64,000 bases of DNA from NCBI GenBank assembly GCA_031459915.1, contig JAVKHO010000012.1:25651-89650 (forward strand), given 5' to 3'. Shown here in pieces: positions 59,999-64,000 of this stretch (position 1 is the stretch's first letter; every line of letters begins with the position of its first letter). This stretch comes from Candidatus Tepidifontimicrobium thermophilum (GTDB taxonomy: Bacteria > Sysuimicrobiota > Sysuimicrobiia > Sysuimicrobiales > Sysuimicrobiaceae). Under the pieces are notes generated by a model. It was not told the origin of the DNA, ran no database searches, and saw only the letters and a program-made list of their open reading frames with translations. A program made the translations under genes and the position numbers.

Positions 59999-61702
59999 AT
60001 GGCGCAGTCCGCGGAAGCCCGTACCTGCCCGGTGACCGGGTTCCGGGTCCACCGGGCCGCAGAGGACCTGGTGAAGGCCAACGCGGTGGCCGCGGTGGTG
60101 GCACTGCTGCTCGGCGGCCTGGCCGCCATCGTGGTCCTGTTCACCCGTTGGATGGGAGCGTTCCCGCCGGAAACTTTCTACCAGTACCTCGCCCTGCACG
60201 CCTGGAACCTGCTGATCTTCTGGATCATCTTCTTCGAGATCGCGCTGCTGCACTTCGCGGGCAGCATCATGCTGAATACCCGGCCCGCCAGCCCCACAGC
60301 GGGCTGGCTGGCTTTCGCCCTCATGGTGCTGGGGGCGCTGATGGTGGAACGCGCGATCCTCACCAACCCCCTGAACCACCTGTCCTTCCAGCCCTACCCG
60401 CCCCTGCGGGGCACGCCGGACTTCTACTTGGGGACCATCCTGTTCGCGGGGGGTGCCCTGCTGGGAGTGGGGGTGTTCTTCGCCACGGTGCACAGGGCGT
60501 ACCGGGAGGGCACCCACACGGGCCCGCTGCCCCTGGTGGTGTTCGGCGCCTTCGTAGCCGCGGTCCTGGCGGTGGCCACGCTCCTGGTCGGGGCCCTGGT
60601 GTTCGTGCCCGCCTTCCTGTGGTCGGCGGGGATCCTGCCCGAGTTGAACCCGTTCCTGTGGAAGGTCGCCTACTGGGGCTTCGGCCACCCCTCCCAGCAG
60701 ATCAACCTCGCCGCCACCATCACGGTCTGGTACCTGCTTTCCCAGTTGACCGTGGGCGGCCGCACACCCAGCGAGAAGGTGTCCCGGGCCGCCTTCGTCC
60801 TGTACCTGGTGGCCATCAACCTCGGTAGCGCCCACCACCTGCAGACCGAGCCCAGCGGGGCCCTGTCGGTGGGCTGGAAGTGGATCAACACCGGCTACCT
60901 CATGCACCTGGCGGTCCTGGGGAGCATGATCCACGCCTTCGCGGTCCCGGGAAGCGTGGAGGTGGGCCAGCGGCTGCGGGGCTACAGCCGGGGCCTGTTC
61001 GACTGGTTGGTGCGCGGCCCGTGGCACAATCCCGCCTTCTCCAGCCTGGTCCTCTCCGTGGCCCTGTTCGGCTTTCTGGGCGGTACCACGGGTGTGATCG
61101 CGGGGACCGAGCAGCTGAACATGAAGTGGCACAACACCACCGCCATCATGGGGCACTTCCACGGGGTCGTGGTGGCCGGCACCACCCTGGCCTTCATGGG
61201 GATCACGTGGTACGTCCTGCCCCTTATCTTCCGGCGCCGCGTGGTGGGCGAACGCTGGGCCCGCTGGCAGCCGTGGCTGTTCGGGATCGGCGTGGGTCTG
61301 CTGGTGCTGGCCTTCCTGCAGCTCGGCGTCCGGTACGGCCTGCCGCGCAAACAGCCCGACATCTTCCGGTTCCGGGGGCTGCCCCTGGCCTTCCAGTGGC
61401 CGACGGAGGTGTACGCCCTGCTGACCGTGGCGGGGATCGGCGGGCTGCTGGCGCTTGTGGGCGGTGCGCTGTTCGTGGCCCTGGTGGTGGCCACGGTGCT
61501 GTTCGGCAAGCGCCTCACGGACGACGAGCTGCGGCGGGAGTACGCCGTGCCGGCCGCTGCGGGCAACCCGGGCCGCAGCGCGAAGGAACTGCCCGCGGTG
61601 CCCGGCACCTTCGTGCTGTGCCTGGTCTTCGCGGCCTTCTTCGTCCTCGTGTACCTGGGCAACTACTGGAACCTGTCCCGGGCCTGGCCCATCGGGGGCT
61701 AG
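59999..61702 (+). CDS. Heme-copper superfamily subunit I, probable eNOR-type nitric oxide reductase
   Basis: LALHA, WGFGHPSQQIN (Gln replaces Tyr), SAHH, AVPGSVE, GHFHG; extra C-terminal TM helix. Confidence 0.82.
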   Translation: MAQSAEARTCPVTGFRVHRAAEDLVKANAVAAVVALLLGGLAAIVVLFTRWMGAFPPETFYQYLALHAWNLLIFWIIFFEIALLHFAGSIMLNTRPASPTAGWLAFALMVLGALMVERAILTNPLNHLSFQPYPPLRGTPDFYLGTILFAGGALLGVGVFFATVHRAYREGTHTGPLPLVVFGAFVAAVLAVATLLVGALVFVPAFLWSAGILPELNPFLWKVAYWGFGHPSQQINLAATITVWYLLSQLTVGGRTPSEKVSRAAFVLYLVAINLGSAHHLQTEPSGALSVGWKWINTGYLMHLAVLGSMIHAFAVPGSVEVGQRLRGYSRGLFDWLVRGPWHNPAFSSLVLSVALFGFLGGTTGVIAGTEQLNMKWHNTTAIMGHFHGVVVAGTTLAFMGITWYVLPLIFRRRVVGERWARWQPWLFGIGVGLLVLAFLQLGVRYGLPRKQPDIFRFRGLPLAFQWPTEVYALLTVAGIGGLLALVGGALFVALVVATVLFGKRLTDDELRREYAVPAAAGNPGRSAKELPAVPGTFVLCLVFAAFFVLVYLGNYWNLSRAWPIGG

Positions 61703-61705
61703 AAA

Positions 61706-62971
61706 GTGGAAATCGTGCGCCGCGGCGGTCCGGAAGGGTGGCTCGCCCTGGCCGTGGCCGCCGCGGCCACCGCGGGCGGTCTGGCCCTGGTGGTCACGGC
61801 CGGCCGCCTTCCCCTCCTGGCCGGAACCCTTCCTCCTGAGGCCTTCTACAAGGCCCTCGTTGGCCACGTCACCTTCTCCCTCGTGGTGTGGCTGCTCAGC
61901 TGCAGCGTGGCGGTGGCGCTGCAACACTCCGGGGCGTCCGCCCCCGGCTACGGCCCCTTTCTGGGGGCCGTGGGGGCGGGCGTCATGCTGGCGGGCCTGG
62001 TCCTTCCGGGCCGTCCCGTGGTAATCGACTACCTCCCCTACGTGAGCTCCCCGCCGTACATAGGCGGCTACCTGCTGTTCGCCGCTGCGGCGGCAGTGGG
62101 TCTGTGGCCCTGTGCGACGTCTGGACCCTGCTGGGGACCGAGGAGCCTCGCGGTGGCCTACGCGGCCAGCCTGGTGGCTGTAGCAACCGGCCTGGCCCGC
62201 CTCGGTGGCATCTCAGCTCAGGCGGCGTTGTGGTCGGGCGGACACGCGCTGCAGTTCGTCTACGTGGTCGGCTTGGCCCTGGCGTGGTACGCGTTGGCGG
62301 GAGTCCCGAGCCACCTGTCGCTTCTATCTCGCACCGCGTTCGGCCTCGCGGGAGCCCTGTCGTGGGTGCCGACCCTCCTGGTCCTCGCTTCCGGGCCCGT
62401 GGACCTCCCCCGCTGGACGCCCGTCAACCTGGCCATGGGGCTCTCCCTCAGCGTACCCACCCTGCTGCACCTGGTGGTGCTCGCGCCCCAGGTGGCTCGG
62501 TCAAGGCCAGAGCTGGAAGGCACCGCGCTACGCTGGTCCGTGGGGCTGTACCTCCTCGGGGGGCTCCTGGCCCCGGTGGGTGCCGCGAACACTCTGCGCG
62601 TCACTGCCCACTACCACGCCATGCTGGTGGGTGGCGTCACCACCGCGTTCATGGGCGTGGCCTACCGGATCCTGGAGGAGGCCGGACTCCCCGTCCGGAA
62701 GGACGCCGGCCGGCTTCAGGTGCACCTCTTCGGGCTGGGTGTGCTGATGACGGTAGCCGCCTTGCTGGTGGCGGCCGCCCACGGGCTGCCCCGGAAGGCC
62801 TACTTGAGCGCGGCACATCCCTGGTCTGTCCCGCTGCTGCTGCTGGCGGGCGCCGCCGCCTTCGCCACGGCCGGTGGCGGCTGGTTTGTGGCCTCCACGT
62901 GGCTGGCCCTCCGGCGCGCCCGGCGGGCCCCGGATTCCCGCCCCTTCCCCGTGCTCGCCGGCGGCCGCTGA
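61706..62971 (+). CDS. Degenerate heme-copper subunit-I-like membrane protein
   Basis: ALVGHV, WSGGHALQF, AHYHA, HGLPRK; no helix-VII HH pair. Confidence 0.7.
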   Translation: MEIVRRGGPEGWLALAVAAAATAGGLALVVTAGRLPLLAGTLPPEAFYKALVGHVTFSLVVWLLSCSVAVALQHSGASAPGYGPFLGAVGAGVMLAGLVLPGRPVVIDYLPYVSSPPYIGGYLLFAAAAAVGLWPCATSGPCWGPRSLAVAYAASLVAVATGLARLGGISAQAALWSGGHALQFVYVVGLALAWYALAGVPSHLSLLSRTAFGLAGALSWVPTLLVLASGPVDLPRWTPVNLAMGLSLSVPTLLHLVVLAPQVARSRPELEGTALRWSVGLYLLGGLLAPVGAANTLRVTAHYHAMLVGGVTTAFMGVAYRILEEAGLPVRKDAGRLQVHLFGLGVLMTVAALLVAAAHGLPRKAYLSAAHPWSVPLLLLAGAAAFATAGGGWFVASTWLALRRARRAPDSRPFPVLAGGR

Positions 62972-62975
62972 ACCC

Positions 62976-63004
62976 TTGCTTAGCAGGCCCCTAGCGGTTA
63001 CACT
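62976..63004 (+). promoter_or_regulatory. sigma70-type promoter upstream of the tusA leader
   Basis: TTGCTT-N17-TACACT. Confidence 0.7.
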
Positions 63005-63011
63005 ACACGGC

Positions 63012-63086
63012 GTGAACCGGAAGCAGGCCGCGGCGTTCTTCGCCCCCCGGCAGTGTATCTGTCCCCGGCGGGGGCTCGGGCGGTAG
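63012..63086 (+). CDS. Putative leaderless 24-aa leader peptide with Cys-Ile-Cys
   Basis: GTG 7 nt after TACACT; MNRKQAAAFFAPRQCICPRRGLGR*. Confidence 0.4.
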   Translation: MNRKQAAAFFAPRQCICPRRGLGR

Positions 63087-63165
63087 CCCGACCGCCTGAC
63101 CTCCGCATCCCGGATTTCCCGATCCTTACCTAGAGTCCAAACGAACCTGACAGGCGAGGTGTCCT

Positions 63166-63462
63166 ATGAACGCGCCCGGACACGCGCGGCAGGCAACTGT
63201 ACAGCCCCACGACCCTGCACAGCCCCGGCTGGTGGTCCTGGACTGCCGCGGCCTGCTGTGCCCGCTCCCGCTGCTGAAGACCCAGCAGGCACTGGCCAAC
63301 CTGCCCGAAGGGCAGGTCCTGGAGGTGTGGAGCACTGACCCAGGGACAGAGCTGAACGTGCGCGCCTGGGCGCAGGGATCGGACTACCAGGTGACGTCGC
63401 TCCCGCCCCAGGACGGCGTGTACCGGTTCCACGTGCGCCGGAGCGCGAGAAGCGGGAGGTGA
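63166..63462 (+). CDS. tusA: TusA family sulfur carrier protein
   Basis: LDCRGLLCPLP, LEVWSTDPG. Confidence 0.9.
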   Translation: MNAPGHARQATVQPHDPAQPRLVVLDCRGLLCPLPLLKTQQALANLPEGQVLEVWSTDPGTELNVRAWAQGSDYQVTSLPPQDGVYRFHVRRSARSGR

Positions 63463-63467
63463 GCCAG

Positions 63468-64000
63468 ATGGGCCGGTGGACGGCCCTGGCAGTGGCCCTG
63501 CTGCTGAACGGCTTCCTGGTAGCCCAGATGTTTGCGAGCCGCGACGTGGCGTGGACTGCTGCGCCGCGGGAACAGGCATCGCTGGTCCGGGAGGACGTAG
63601 TCCAGGAGCGCCGGGTGCGGGCGGGGGAGCGGACGGTGCTGGAGGTGTCCACCACGGGGCTGGTGGAGGTGGTGGTGTACGAGTACACCGGGGACGCGGG
63701 GGAGCTAGAGGAGTTCCGGGCGGGGCGGGTCCCGCGGACGGCGAAGGTGTTCAGCCGGGTGCAGGAGGTCAGCTACCCGCTTTCCAGCGTCACGGAGGCG
63801 CGCTTCTACGTACGGGTGCGGCACTTGGAGCCAGGCCAGACGCAGGTGCGGTACGTGCCGGGGACGGTGGACGAGGCCATGGGGCGGCTGCGGAAGGGGG
63901 AGAAGCTGGTCCGCAACCGGGGGACGGTGCGGGTGGATGGCGAGCCGCTGGCGATGGCGGTCTACCAGCTGGTCCCGGGCACGGTGGTGCGGGTGGAGGT
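63468..64000 (+). CDS. Hypothetical exported or membrane-anchored protein (partial)
   Basis: SD GGAGGTGA; MGRWTALAVALLLNGFLVAQMFAS..., open to the window end. Confidence 0.75.
   Translation, partial: MGRWTALAVALLLNGFLVAQMFASRDVAWTAAPREQASLVREDVVQERRVRAGERTVLEVSTTGLVEVVVYEYTGDAGELEEFRAGRVPRTAKVFSRVQEVSYPLSSVTEARFYVRVRHLEPGQTQVRYVPGTVDEAMGRLRKGEKLVRNRGTVRVDGEPLAMAVYQLVPGTVVRVE

Noticed and set aside
1..64000. CRISPR arrays, IS elements, prophage or defence islands
   Set aside because: No regularly spaced repeats, transposase, integrase or phage motifs, and no obvious composition shift by eye

Overview
Very GC-rich (about 70% by eye) chromosomal window from a bacterium with Firmicutes-like gene order; a thermophilic Terrabacteria lineage is plausible but only inferred. 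It is mostly housekeeping: hflX-dapL-miaA, mutSL, miaB, carAB, hrcA-dnaJ-prmA-rsmE, murJ, rpsT, holA, comEC, thrS with a T-box, the ylxM-ffh-rpsP-rimM-trmD-rplS-lepB-rnhB-yraN block, ftsY, tig-clpP-clpX-lon and two tRNAs. The right end holds an acyl-CoA dehydrogenase-ETF-acyl-CoA mutase operon divergent from a leucine/isovalerate (liu) operon, then a heme-copper operon and tusA. Best leads: (1) the apparent cytochrome oxidase has Gln instead of the cross-linked Tyr, so it is probably an eNOR-type nitric oxide reductase, with an unlisted 44-aa subunit and a degenerate second subunit-I paralogue; (2) a near-identical motif of about 33 bp upstream of comEC and yraN, suggesting a competence regulon promoter; (3) a leaderless Cys-containing micro-ORF with alternative hairpins before tusA; (4) the mutase has isobutyryl-CoA mutase signature residues; (5) mutSL looks inverted within the miaB-mutS-mutL-miaA order, with a Uma2 pseudogene at one junction. 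No CRISPR array, IS element or prophage was seen. All calls come from reading motifs by eye; no searches were run.
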